Shown here one piece after another: positions 37,524 through 46,259 of a DNA stretch of 64,000 nucleotides. Source of the stretch: an uncultured Candidatus Saccharibacteria bacterium. Lineage in GTDB: Bacteria > Patescibacteriota > Saccharimonadia > Saccharimonadales > UBA7683. The stretch is from positions 12,138-76,137 of the forward strand of contig CAZIPE010000001.1 of NCBI GenBank assembly GCA_964541305.1, given 5' to 3'. Below the pieces are notes generated by a model. It worked only from the letters and a program-made list of their open reading frames with translations. It searched no databases and was not told the DNA's origin. Numbering within the stretch: the stretch's first letter is position 1; each line of letters opens with the position of its first letter. A program made the translations under genes and the position numbers.

Positions 37524-39047
37524 CTATTTCAAAAATAGTAAGTATGCTAAATTGTTTGATTCAATCTTGTATTCGAACCCTGTTGTGTTTAAAAACAATG
37601 TAAAGTCTTTCGCGTCTGGTGCTATGACATCGAATCCAATCAAGACTCTCCCGCTATCTGCGCCCATTCCTCTGTAGTGAAATAGGCTAATATTCCAGCG
37701 TCGACCGAGTGCTTTTAAGAAGTCACCAAGTGCGCCCGGTCTTTCAGGAAAGTCAAAATGCACGAGGATTTCATTTTTTGGCCCTTCAGCTCCTCCGACC
37801 ATGTGGCGAATATGTTCTTTTGCAAGTTCGTTATCAGTCAGGTCTATTATGTTGTATCCTTTTTTGGTTAGTCTCGTAGATATCATGCGAGCATCATTGA
37901 CGTCATGTGTTGTAATGCCTACGAGTATGTGAGCTCGTGACAAATTATTCTGCCGATAATTAAACTCACTGATATTGTGTTTTCCAAGATCTTTACAAAA
38001 ATGTTCGAGTGCGCCTTGTTTTTCAGGTAATTCAACTGAAAAAAGTGCTTCGTGACCACTACCAATGAGTGTTCGCTCTGTAATAAACTGCAGTCGCTCA
38101 AAACTCATGTTTGCGCCACTATTTATAGCTACAACATGGTCGGTTTCTGTCAGTGTGTGTGTTTGGGTGTATTTTTCTATGCCCGCAACACCAAGGGCGC
38201 CAGCTGGCTCAACAATTGAGCGTGTTTCTTCATAGATCCGTTTAATGGCAGCACATAATTGATCGTTTGTTACTAAAACAACCTCATCTACGTATTTTTT
38301 CGCGATATCAAAAGTGTTCTTACCGATTTGCTTAACAGCTACCCCGTCAGCGAATATACCCACATGAGGCAAGCTTACTCGTTTATTATGCCTGAGTGCT
38401 TCATGAAGCGTTGCGGCATCTTCCGGCTCAACTCCAATGATTTTGACATCGGGATGAGTAGATTTGATCGCACGAGCAACTCCTGCAATTAATCCCCCGC
38501 CACCAACAGGAACAAACACATGTGTAACCGACGGCAACTGTTGGAGTATTTCGCCACCAATTGTTCCCTGGCCCTCAATGACAAGTGGGTCGTCAAACGG
38601 ATGTATGAATATACGACCGGTCTTTTTTCGTAGTTTCTCGCAGTGTTCAGCTGCCTCGGAGTAATTGTCACCGCTGAGAATAATCTCGGCTCCATAGCCC
38701 GCTACTGCATCAATTTTTATGCGTGGTGTAGTCTTTGGCATAACAATTAATGCCGAAATACCTAATTTCTGCGCACTTAACGCGACACCCTGTGCGTGAT
38801 TTCCGGCACTTGCTGCAATTACGCCCGACTTCTTCTCTACTGGTGTGAGCGACAGCATCTTATTGTAAGCACCCCTGATTTTAAATGAAAAAACTGGTTG
38901 CATGTCTTCCCGTTTAAAATATACATTGGTAGATAGTGCTGTACTCAATTTGGGCGCCTTCTCAAGTGGCGTACGAACAACAACATTATATATGTTTGAT
39001 GTATCGGAGATGCCTGGTATGTTATTTGTCATCACTACCTTGTACAA
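37524..39047 (-). CDS. ilvA: Threonine dehydratase, biosynthetic (two C-terminal ACT-like domains)
   Basis: PLP-lysine motif FKIRGAYNKM and SAGNHAQGVA; 507 aa. Confidence 0.9.
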   Translation of the reverse strand: MYKVVMTNNIPGISDTSNIYNVVVRTPLEKAPKLSTALSTNVYFKREDMQPVFSFKIRGAYNKMLSLTPVEKKSGVIAASAGNHAQGVALSAQKLGISALIVMPKTTPRIKIDAVAGYGAEIILSGDNYSEAAEHCEKLRKKTGRIFIHPFDDPLVIEGQGTIGGEILQQLPSVTHVFVPVGGGGLIAGVARAIKSTHPDVKIIGVEPEDAATLHEALRHNKRVSLPHVGIFADGVAVKQIGKNTFDIAKKYVDEVVLVTNDQLCAAIKRIYEETRSIVEPAGALGVAGIEKYTQTHTLTETDHVVAINSGANMSFERLQFITERTLIGSGHEALFSVELPEKQGALEHFCKDLGKHNISEFNYRQNNLSRAHILVGITTHDVNDARMISTRLTKKGYNIIDLTDNELAKEHIRHMVGGAEGPKNEILVHFDFPERPGALGDFLKALGRRWNISLFHYRGMGADSGRVLIGFDVIAPDAKDFTLFLNTTGFEYKIESNNLAYLLFLK

Positions 39048-39405
39048 TTACTGATATTTCAACTAGTAACGGAACTTCACCGGCTACTGGTGGTAGTTCT
39101 CGTACGCCAACACATTCTCGAGTCGGTGGATATTCGCCAAAGAAGTCACCGTATAACTCGTTCATTTTTTCAAAGTCTGACATGTGCGTGAGATATACCC
39201 GTGAATTTACAACCGAATGTCTCGATAGTTTGTTTTGCTTAAGTATTGTATCAATATTTTTCAGTGCTTGAGTCATTTGGTCGCTAAAATCGTGAGAGGC
39301 TGTTTTGCTAACTGGGTCGACACCGACTTGACCTGCAACAAAGTATAGTCCACCAGCTTTGCGTATTATTGAATATGGTCCATATGTCTCGGTTTTCATA
39401 TACAT
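39022..39405 (-). CDS. ridA: RidA/YjgF reactive-intermediate deaminase
   Basis: 127 aa, YjgF signature (GPYS...AGGLYFVAGQVG...PARxxVxVxxLP...VEIxxIA). Overlaps the ilvA start. Confidence 0.85.
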   Translation of the reverse strand: MYMKTETYGPYSIIRKAGGLYFVAGQVGVDPVSKTASHDFSDQMTQALKNIDTILKQNKLSRHSVVNSRVYLTHMSDFEKMNELYGDFFGEYPPTRECVGVRELPPVAGEVPLLVEISVIVQGSDDK

Positions 39406-39408
39406 ATA

Positions 39409-40605
39409 TCAATTGGTTATTGCATTGGAATTTGTTTTTGCGGCGTGCGTGCCTTTCCGCCCTTGATATTTTCCTTCCTCGTGGATTGCGTTTTGTGCAT
39501 GTCCCCAAAAAGTTGGATCATAAGGTGTGTATAGGCGGTGACCATTTTCTCCCCCCGCAATAATACCAGCACTATGTATGCCAGATCGATGAACGTTCGT
39601 GTCGCGGCCTACAACTGGACTTTGCCTAGACACCTCTTGACCTGCGTATTTCATCACAGCTTCTGCTGTTAATACTGAATATTCTGGATTAAAACGCCAT
39701 CCGACAGGAACACCTAAATCACCAGTAAACTTAAAGACTCCTCCTATAAACGGAAAGACATCTGCATTACCTGCCCTCTCACCAAGTCCACAAATTGTTG
39801 TTTCTGCCTGCACCTTAATTATTCTTTCATATTGCTTGGAATATTTTGCCGCAGCCTTTACAAGGCTATAGCTGTTGGCCACTGCCATGCCAAGGTCGTT
39901 GTGGCAATGTGCAGATATCGTCACGTCGGGATTTAGTGGCTGTATCCATGCTATCGCTTTGTAGTAAAAGTCTTCCATCCACGAAGGATCGCGCTGGCCG
40001 ACTGTATCAGGGAGATTGATGACATCAGCACCTTCATCTACTGCAGCTTTTATAACGCGTTCTAAATACACTGGATCGGTTGTACTTGCAGCTTCTGCAG
40101 AAAACTCGACAGTGCCATCTGACGACTGATCTACTAATTCACGTGCCTGCTTTACTGCAGCCCTCCCCATACGAAGCACTTCATCGGGGCTCATATCTGG
40201 AAATTTTTCAGCCATATGTTCGTTATCGGTTGACACAAAGGTGTGGATGCGTGGTCGCGAAGCATATTGCACAGCATCCCAGGTTGCCTCAATGTCGGCA
40301 GGTGTTGTGCGTGATAAACCCGCAATTATTGGTGAGTCCCATGCGGTATCTTGGTGACCATCGGGTGTCCAGAGGTGTGTGGAATATATCTCATTGCCCA
40401 CTTGCTTGGATACTGAACTCACTTCTTCGCTGTCACCAGGTGTTGCTGGAAACCCCGCCTCTATTACTCCAATTCCAAGAGAAGCCAGTTTGTCAGCTAT
40501 TTCTGGCTTTGATCCCTCGGGAAACTGATTTTCTTTAGGTAGTGCCTGAGCACCATCGCGTAAAGTTGTGTCGAATATAGTTATATCTACATGTGCTTCT
40601 GTCAT
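39409..40605 (-). CDS. HMGL-like 2-alkylmalate synthase (citramalate/2-isopropylmalate synthase family, short form)
   Basis: DTTLRDGAQ and HCHNDLGMAVANS motifs. At 398 aa it lacks the LeuA C-terminal regulatory domain. Position beside ilvA suggests a CimA-like role. Confidence 0.75.
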   Translation of the reverse strand: MTEAHVDITIFDTTLRDGAQALPKENQFPEGSKPEIADKLASLGIGVIEAGFPATPGDSEEVSSVSKQVGNEIYSTHLWTPDGHQDTAWDSPIIAGLSRTTPADIEATWDAVQYASRPRIHTFVSTDNEHMAEKFPDMSPDEVLRMGRAAVKQARELVDQSSDGTVEFSAEAASTTDPVYLERVIKAAVDEGADVINLPDTVGQRDPSWMEDFYYKAIAWIQPLNPDVTISAHCHNDLGMAVANSYSLVKAAAKYSKQYERIIKVQAETTICGLGERAGNADVFPFIGGVFKFTGDLGVPVGWRFNPEYSVLTAEAVMKYAGQEVSRQSPVVGRDTNVHRSGIHSAGIIAGGENGHRLYTPYDPTFWGHAQNAIHEEGKYQGRKGTHAAKTNSNAITN

Positions 40606-40625
40606 TGATTATCCTTGCAAATTGA

Positions 40626-40653
40626 ATTTATTAAAAACCGAGTGTTGAAACTC
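40626..40653 (-). terminator. Attenuator-type terminator hairpin in leader of cimA/leuA-like operon
   Basis: Minus strand ACCGAGUUUCAACACUCGGUUUUUAAUAA lies 20 nt upstream of the start codon. Upstream alternative-pairing segments GCACAGC(C)/GGCUGUGC are repeated 3 times. Confidence 0.35.
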
Positions 40654-40676
40654 GGTATTCTTCTAGGCTGTGCGTG

Positions 40677-40766
40677 GCGCTATGCGCTCCGAGCTTCAAC
40701 TTCGTTAAAGCACAGCCCTTTTAGGCTGAGTAGAATGAGTAGTTGCTGTGCATTGAATTTTATCAT
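40677..40766 (-). CDS. Putative Leu/Ile-rich leader peptide (MMIKFNAQQLLILLSLKGLCFNEVEARSA)
   Basis: 29-aa ORF inside the leader with the run LLILLSL. Its stop lies just before the attenuator hairpins. No strong SD. Confidence 0.25.
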
Positions 40767-40808
40767 CACGTCTGATGGTACTCTTGGGAAAAACATTTGT
40801 CAATAAAT

Positions 40809-40836
40809 AGTTGACAAATAGTACTTTAAGAGTAAA
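40809..40836 (+). promoter_or_regulatory. Sigma70-like promoter TTGACA-N16-TAAAAT for long leader of gene 41002
   Basis: Read directly: ttgacaaatagtactttaagagtaaaat. Confidence 0.3.
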
Positions 40837-40954
40837 ATTAATTTTTGGAATGTCAATTCAATCTACAAACAACATGATTTCAAAGTATGTGCACCGCGCA
40901 TGTTTTAGTATTGTGCGCTAAATTGTAGATTGAGCCAGACAACTAACAGGATGT

Positions 40955-40984
40955 AACGAGCTCAATCACGGAAGGGAGCTCTTT
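40955..40984 (+). terminator. Hairpin + U6 immediately upstream of gene 41002 start (leader terminator / attenuator)
   Basis: GAGCTC-12 nt-GAGCTC followed by TTTTTT, 17 nt before the ATG. Confidence 0.3.
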
Positions 40985-41001
40985 TTTAACGAAAAATTAT
41001 C

Positions 41002-41400
41002 ATGACTACTATTGAACATACAACTCTACAAAACGGCGAAAGTGTCAGTGACTCACTAACAGTATGTGAGATTGATGAACAAGTGCAAGCAGTGGCCAGC
41101 AACTTCTTTGGATCGATTGACAAAGTACTAGATAGAAAAGATGCAAAGATACACGTAGCATATTTTGCTTCAGGTATTGCAGTACACGAAGATGTTCGAG
41201 AACAGCTCATGGCTGGTGTTATGGAGCTGTGCGATCACATAGATAGTAACTGTGTGCAATCACAGTTAAAAATATCTGATGTGGCCACCGCTATAGTTGA
41301 ATCGAAAAAAAGCGGAAATTTGCTTATTGAAGAGGTACACACTGATAGTGATGATGCTGTATTCGGATATTGGTATTACATTATGCCTTCTCCGGAGTAA
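41002..41400 (+). CDS. Hypothetical protein
   Basis: 132-aa ORF preceded by a ~160-nt structured leader. Confidence 0.4.
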   Translation: MTTIEHTTLQNGESVSDSLTVCEIDEQVQAVASNFFGSIDKVLDRKDAKIHVAYFASGIAVHEDVREQLMAGVMELCDHIDSNCVQSQLKISDVATAIVESKKSGNLLIEEVHTDSDDAVFGYWYYIMPSPE

Positions 41401-41417
41401 CGTGGAGTCTTTCGTTA

Positions 41418-43787
41418 TTATTTCAGTTGTTCTAATTTAAACTGAGTGGCGCGCTCTGCAGCGAGACGCGTGAGTTCTGGGTCTTCACCTTGGTTCACAA
41501 AGATCATGTTTTCCGCAAGAATTGGGTGCACACTCTCGATAGCGTCGTGCATTTGTTTGGCAAGCTTGCGGTAGCCTGGATGACCTTGAGGGCTTGTACG
41601 GAGCTCCATAAAGTGAAAAGCCTCTCGTGCATTCATAACTACCTTCCAGCGCATTTTGTGACCAAGCAGTGTGGCATACTGCGCTTCGTTGTGATAGCCT
41701 CCATCCCACAGAATTTGATACAACTTCCGGCTCAGTTCAAAACAAGTTTCAAATAAATCTTCGCATCCTGCTTCGCTGACAAGTTTTGGTACCTCGTAAC
41801 CATAATGAGGACTCAGTAATTGCCATTCCATACTATCTACCATGCGATGTCGCTGTAAGTCTCGAAAAATTCCGTAGTCGCAAAGTAGGTCGAAACTGTA
41901 GTGTGCTACTTCAAGTGCGCGACCAGGCTTGTGTCGCCGATTAAGGCGTTCGCCAATGTACGCCTTAAAAGCTTCTTCTTTTTCTTGGTAGCTCAGCTTA
42001 TCAACTGCTCGTTCAAGCTCACTAAGACCCATGCTACTGCTTTCGTACAGCATATGAGGTAGCAGATCCAGCTCATTTTTTGGCCAGAAATCTACCAGCT
42101 CTACCGCTTCTCCATCCGCACCTTTCATGGGTTGTAGGCTGTGTTCTGCGGTGAATTTTTGCAATGCTTTTCGTGTATTGGCGCGGTATGCCATCCATGC
42201 ACCACCGCGATCTGGCTTATCAGCACGCTCCAAGAAAGTCGGCACTACTTTACGTGCTTCATCTAAAATTGCTTGACCGGTATCCGTCGATTCAACCAAT
42301 TCCTCGCTCATTAGGTGCATTATCAGGCTTTCAAGTGCCTGGCCACTAGCGAAAATGCCAACAGTTGATTTGGTGGCTACAGGTAGTACTGGTCGTGCCG
42401 CATCACACGCCTGAGCACGTATCGCCGATTTCCATGCCCCGTCACGCGTATCTTCAGGTTCATCAGACGATGCTTCAACATGCTGAGTAAGTTTATGAAC
42501 TAGTTGCGAGTACGTTTCAAACAGTTCATCCATTGTGTTGTCATACGACTGAGTAGTCTTTTCGTCTAAGTTTGTAGGCGTGTAGTATTTAAATGCTCCA
42601 AATTCATCTTTTTGATCGAAATAGATGTAGCGTGTTGATTGCTCTAAATAGGCGGCTAGTCTGCCCCATTCAAGCTTTTTGGTGAGCAGATTGCTCGCAC
42701 CTTCAACGACAAAGTGAATTCCGGTAAGCTGTTGAACGCTATCGTCGCCGTAGGCAGTAATGACACGTTTGAGTAGATTTTGGTCTTTTCCTTCTTTTCC
42801 TGCAAATTCATCCAAGATTGTGATTCGCATATCATCACCTCGACGCGAAAGCCGAGCCATAGCCGCTGCAATTGTTTGGTTGGATATTTTATCGGTAAAA
42901 ACGTAGACATTGTCTTTTGTGTTGGTGACTGCTTCTGAAAGGTACTCGGTACCTTCTTTCGTAATTGAATAACTACCGTTCTGGTTCTTTGTGACGTAGG
43001 GGTTTAGTTCTTTAGTTTTTTTAGGAGCAAACACTGTTTGAGCAGACTGTCCCGACGTATCTTCCGGTTTCTTTTTGCGTAATTTACCGAGCATAGGCTG
43101 GATCCTTTCCCAGATGAGGTTATTGATTGTTGGAATACTTTGAAGTTCACCATCTTTCACACAGTCAATAGACTGGAAGGTATCTGGGAAGGCTTCGCGT
43201 AGTTGTTTGTAGGTTTCCACTGCATTTTCGAGATGATGTATATCTGCCTCGTGAATGTCTCGTTTCTTGTCTGTATAGCTGCGTTTCTCTTTTTTATCAA
43301 CCAACTTCTGAGCTACACCTGCTTCTACTAGCAGTATAATACTTAGGTCGGGACGAGGGATTTCAAGCATCCCGAACTCTAAATTGTCGAGCCACTTAAA
43401 TAGTTCACGGCGTTCAGCTAGTGTTTTAAATTTGCCCCCTTGATGCGCCATGCTTGAACCAGCAAATCGGTTGCAGAGAACTATCTTACCAGCAGCCAGG
43501 TCACGTTTCATGTCTGCTGAGGCATCAAATCTGTCCAGAGCGTAAAAAACTGATGGTATGTAGGGGCCGAGGTCATCACCAGAACCATAGTCACCATTAA
43601 GATACTTGCGCACAAAGTACGACGAGTCTTTCTCATATTGCGGGAAATCGTAAGTTGCCACATCATAGCCCTCTGATTTTAGTCGTTCAATCAGAAGTTT
43701 AAACTGAGTACCTTTGCCAGACCCGTCTGAACCTTCTATGACAATGAACAATCCGCTGTTGGTGTCGGACGCTTCCGAATTGTTCAT
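41418..43787 (-). CDS. Fusion protein: thymidylate kinase (N-term) + tandem-duplicated flavin-dependent thymidylate synthase ThyX
   Basis: Tmk Walker A IVIEGSDGSGKGTQ at the N-terminus. Two ThyX-like halves: the first with AAAMARLSRRGDD, the second with the RHR motif (FRDLQRHRM) and ELRTSPQGHPGYR. Confidence 0.8.
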   Translation of the reverse strand: MNNSEASDTNSGLFIVIEGSDGSGKGTQFKLLIERLKSEGYDVATYDFPQYEKDSSYFVRKYLNGDYGSGDDLGPYIPSVFYALDRFDASADMKRDLAAGKIVLCNRFAGSSMAHQGGKFKTLAERRELFKWLDNLEFGMLEIPRPDLSIILLVEAGVAQKLVDKKEKRSYTDKKRDIHEADIHHLENAVETYKQLREAFPDTFQSIDCVKDGELQSIPTINNLIWERIQPMLGKLRKKKPEDTSGQSAQTVFAPKKTKELNPYVTKNQNGSYSITKEGTEYLSEAVTNTKDNVYVFTDKISNQTIAAAMARLSRRGDDMRITILDEFAGKEGKDQNLLKRVITAYGDDSVQQLTGIHFVVEGASNLLTKKLEWGRLAAYLEQSTRYIYFDQKDEFGAFKYYTPTNLDEKTTQSYDNTMDELFETYSQLVHKLTQHVEASSDEPEDTRDGAWKSAIRAQACDAARPVLPVATKSTVGIFASGQALESLIMHLMSEELVESTDTGQAILDEARKVVPTFLERADKPDRGGAWMAYRANTRKALQKFTAEHSLQPMKGADGEAVELVDFWPKNELDLLPHMLYESSSMGLSELERAVDKLSYQEKEEAFKAYIGERLNRRHKPGRALEVAHYSFDLLCDYGIFRDLQRHRMVDSMEWQLLSPHYGYEVPKLVSEAGCEDLFETCFELSRKLYQILWDGGYHNEAQYATLLGHKMRWKVVMNAREAFHFMELRTSPQGHPGYRKLAKQMHDAIESVHPILAENMIFVNQGEDPELTRLAAERATQFKLEQLK

Positions 43788-44497
43788 CGTGCTTTTAAAC
43801 CTTTGATTGCCTCCGGCATGGTGCGCTTGTCTTTGTAGGCGCGGGGTAGCATCTGGGCAGGTGTCCAGTTGGAGATAAGTTCATCCAAATTGGTCCCTGT
43901 TTGGTATTTACCACTAAATCCGTCGTTTCTGCCTTCACCATAATTTCCCTCAACCTCGCCAGTTTCTAGAAATATAGCTTGTGCAATCCGCTCCCCAACA
44001 GGTAGAAGCACTGTCTCATGCTCATTTAGGTTATATATCTCAAGCGTCAGACGGTTGATATAGCCAGGATCTACCCAGCCAGCATCAAAGCACACCGCTA
44101 CACCATTTCGTCCCCAGCTGGAGCGTGATTTCACTTCATATGCGCCTGGTGGTTTAATACCAAAGAATTCATGAGTGTGCGCCAATATTCTTTCACCTGG
44201 ACGCAGCGGAATGACTGGATGTTCTGGCGGGATGCCCTCTAATAACTTTGTCCCGTTGCTGGCACACCAGTCTTGATGTGAAATTGCTTGCTGCACGTCG
44301 CCAAAGTACCGCTTCACATCTGCTTCATCGAATGGATTGTAGACAAATCCTTTCTTAGCCTGACCTGTGCGGTAGTAGTAATATCCTAGTGTTACATCCA
44401 AACTTGCATGAGAAATATGAGCATCATTAAACGGTTCACATACTATATGACCCTCTTTTAATGCTTGTCGAATTTGTGTGTTACTGTAGACTCCCAC
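43784..44497 (-). CDS. dcd: dCTP deaminase (dUTPase superfamily)
   Basis: VKSRSSWGRNGV matches the Dcd Ser-rich motif. GERIAQ resembles the Dcd/Dut beta-strand motifs. ATGA overlap with the tmk-thyX gene. Confidence 0.75.
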   Translation of the reverse strand: MGVYSNTQIRQALKEGHIVCEPFNDAHISHASLDVTLGYYYYRTGQAKKGFVYNPFDEADVKRYFGDVQQAISHQDWCASNGTKLLEGIPPEHPVIPLRPGERILAHTHEFFGIKPPGAYEVKSRSSWGRNGVAVCFDAGWVDPGYINRLTLEIYNLNEHETVLLPVGERIAQAIFLETGEVEGNYGEGRNDGFSGKYQTGTNLDELISNWTPAQMLPRAYKDKRTMPEAIKGLKAR

Positions 44498-44616
44498 GTA
44501 TACCCTCCATTACTTGTACGCGAGCCCACCTTCGCTTTGAACTATATTATATCAAAAAACTGACAAATCACTAATCCCTGTGGTACGATTGAAATCAATG
44601 TAAAAGGAGTTAGCTT

Positions 44617-45066
44617 ATGTCAGCTGAAGCACGTAAATTATATGTAGGTTGTGGTCTCACTCATGCTCCTGAAACATTCAGAAACTCAGTGGATGGCTTC
44701 AAAAAGGTTTTACGAAGTAATGGGCACGAAGTTTTTGATTTTGTCGGATTAGTCGCTGGAACTGAGGCTGATGTATATAACTGGGATATTGGACACTGTG
44801 TAGCCCGGGCTGACCTGCTAATTGGTGTCTGTGATGAGCCAAGCATAGGGCTTGGCTGGGAGCTGGCTGTTGCTGCAGAAAAACTTGAAATTCCTGTTTT
44901 GGCCACCGCTCATACTGACTCCAAAGTTACCCGACTAATTCACGGTGCAGCAGAAGTGTTACCTAATGTTCAATTCGCATCATATGATAATCTTGAGCAT
45001 GATATACCACCGCTTGTTGACGAGATTCTGCTCGCAGCTTACGGTCTTAAGGCGGTTATAAAGTAG
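44617..45066 (+). CDS. Nucleoside 2-deoxyribosyltransferase-like / DNPH1 (Rcl)-like protein
   Basis: LYVGCGLTH...ADLLIGVCDEPSIGLGWELAVA pattern of the PF05014 fold. Confidence 0.5.
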   Translation: MSAEARKLYVGCGLTHAPETFRNSVDGFKKVLRSNGHEVFDFVGLVAGTEADVYNWDIGHCVARADLLIGVCDEPSIGLGWELAVAAEKLEIPVLATAHTDSKVTRLIHGAAEVLPNVQFASYDNLEHDIPPLVDEILLAAYGLKAVIK

Positions 45067-45788
45067 ACTGACTTTAACTGGTTACTGGCTATGTCACTGA
45101 GTATGACCGACGCCGTTGCGCTCAACTGACTCAGGGAGCCGCTATTGATAATACGTGAGTCGTAGTGTATTTTAGATCGCTCTCGTTCGGTTGGATCATC
45201 GGTATCCGAAGTTTGTTTGTCGGGTCGGACTATTTCAACAACAAAGCCACCAGCGTTGCTTGTTGTGTCCGCGTCACCGGGAAAACGTAATCCGCCAATA
45301 ATGTATAATTTGCACCCATTTTGTTCAGCCGTTTTAGCTCGACGAATCAGTTCGTCGTACCATATAGTTGGGAATAATCTTTTAACAAAATATCCACCAA
45401 ACCACTGTAAAATAGACCGATGATTTGCTTTGTTGGCAGTTGTAATCTGTTCAGTGACTAGTTTTGGATTCTTCTGCGTTTGTAGTATGTAATTATGCAA
45501 TTTTACATATTCGCTCGAACTTAAGTCTGTATCATCTGTGATGTATAGGTCTGAGGTGCGTACTTTCGTATGCAGATGTTTATGTATACGTTCTTGGAGT
45601 GAATCGAGCCACTTGTTAATTTCGGGTATGTCAGTAGACGTCGGTAGGTCAATCTTGGCATCATTTGCAAATTCACTAATCAATCGTGATGATTCATCAT
45701 GAATTCCAGTTGGCTCGTGCGCCAAAAAAGCTTCGGCTAAACTTGTTTTGCCGTGTCCGATAGCTCCAGTGATACCGATTAAGATCAT
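45039..45788 (-). CDS. P-loop nucleoside/nucleotide kinase family protein
   Basis: N-terminal MILIGITGAIGHGKTS (CoaE/dNK-like Walker A). Confidence 0.5.
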   Translation of the reverse strand: MILIGITGAIGHGKTSLAEAFLAHEPTGIHDESSRLISEFANDAKIDLPTSTDIPEINKWLDSLQERIHKHLHTKVRTSDLYITDDTDLSSSEYVKLHNYILQTQKNPKLVTEQITTANKANHRSILQWFGGYFVKRLFPTIWYDELIRRAKTAEQNGCKLYIIGGLRFPGDADTTSNAGGFVVEIVRPDKQTSDTDDPTERERSKIHYDSRIINSGSLSQLSATASVILSDIASNQLKSVYFITALRP

Positions 45789-45822
45789 CTTCCTAGTGTA
45801 TCAAAGGTAGTAGAAATGACAG

Positions 45823-46251
45823 TTAGAAGCTCAGGCGGTATGCGGGTTTTTTTGAGTGCAATGTAATTCTTCGTTGCTTGCCTGTAGTCTTAATCAAATG
45901 GAAATGTTGATGTGGTATCGATTTTGTTGGTGATGACGGGGCTCGCGCATAAAGGTTATAGCCGCGCTTTTCATATGCACCAAGCAATTTCATGTAGTCA
46001 AGCAACTCTTTGTCATTCAAATCTCCAAGGCTACTGACGTGTCGTAGCGGGGTGATCATTAGGTGTTCGCTAACCTTCACATATTCCCAGAGGGAATAAG
46101 GGAAAATATTTTCAATTACACGACAGTATTTTGTTGATTGAATATGTGACTTATCACTGTTTTTAATATCACAAAACACACATATATTTGGTGGTAGCGT
46201 TTTTAGGTATGCTTTGTATTTCTTTTCCTCGGTTCTGTTTCTTGTTGCCAT
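45823..46251 (-). CDS. HIT-family (histidine triad) hydrolase
   Basis: HxHxHxx motif IPHQHFHLI near the C-terminus. Confidence 0.55.
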   Translation of the reverse strand: MATRNRTEEKKYKAYLKTLPPNICVFCDIKNSDKSHIQSTKYCRVIENIFPYSLWEYVKVSEHLMITPLRHVSSLGDLNDKELLDYMKLLGAYEKRGYNLYARAPSSPTKSIPHQHFHLIKTTGKQRRITLHSKKPAYRLSF

Positions 46252-46259
46252 AAGTTTAT

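Noticed and set aside
40615-40806. 63-aa plus-strand ORF in the cimA/leuA-like leader region
   Set aside because: It lies opposite the attenuator-like leader. It has no SD and its sequence is not protein-like. The region is better explained as regulatory RNA on the minus strand.
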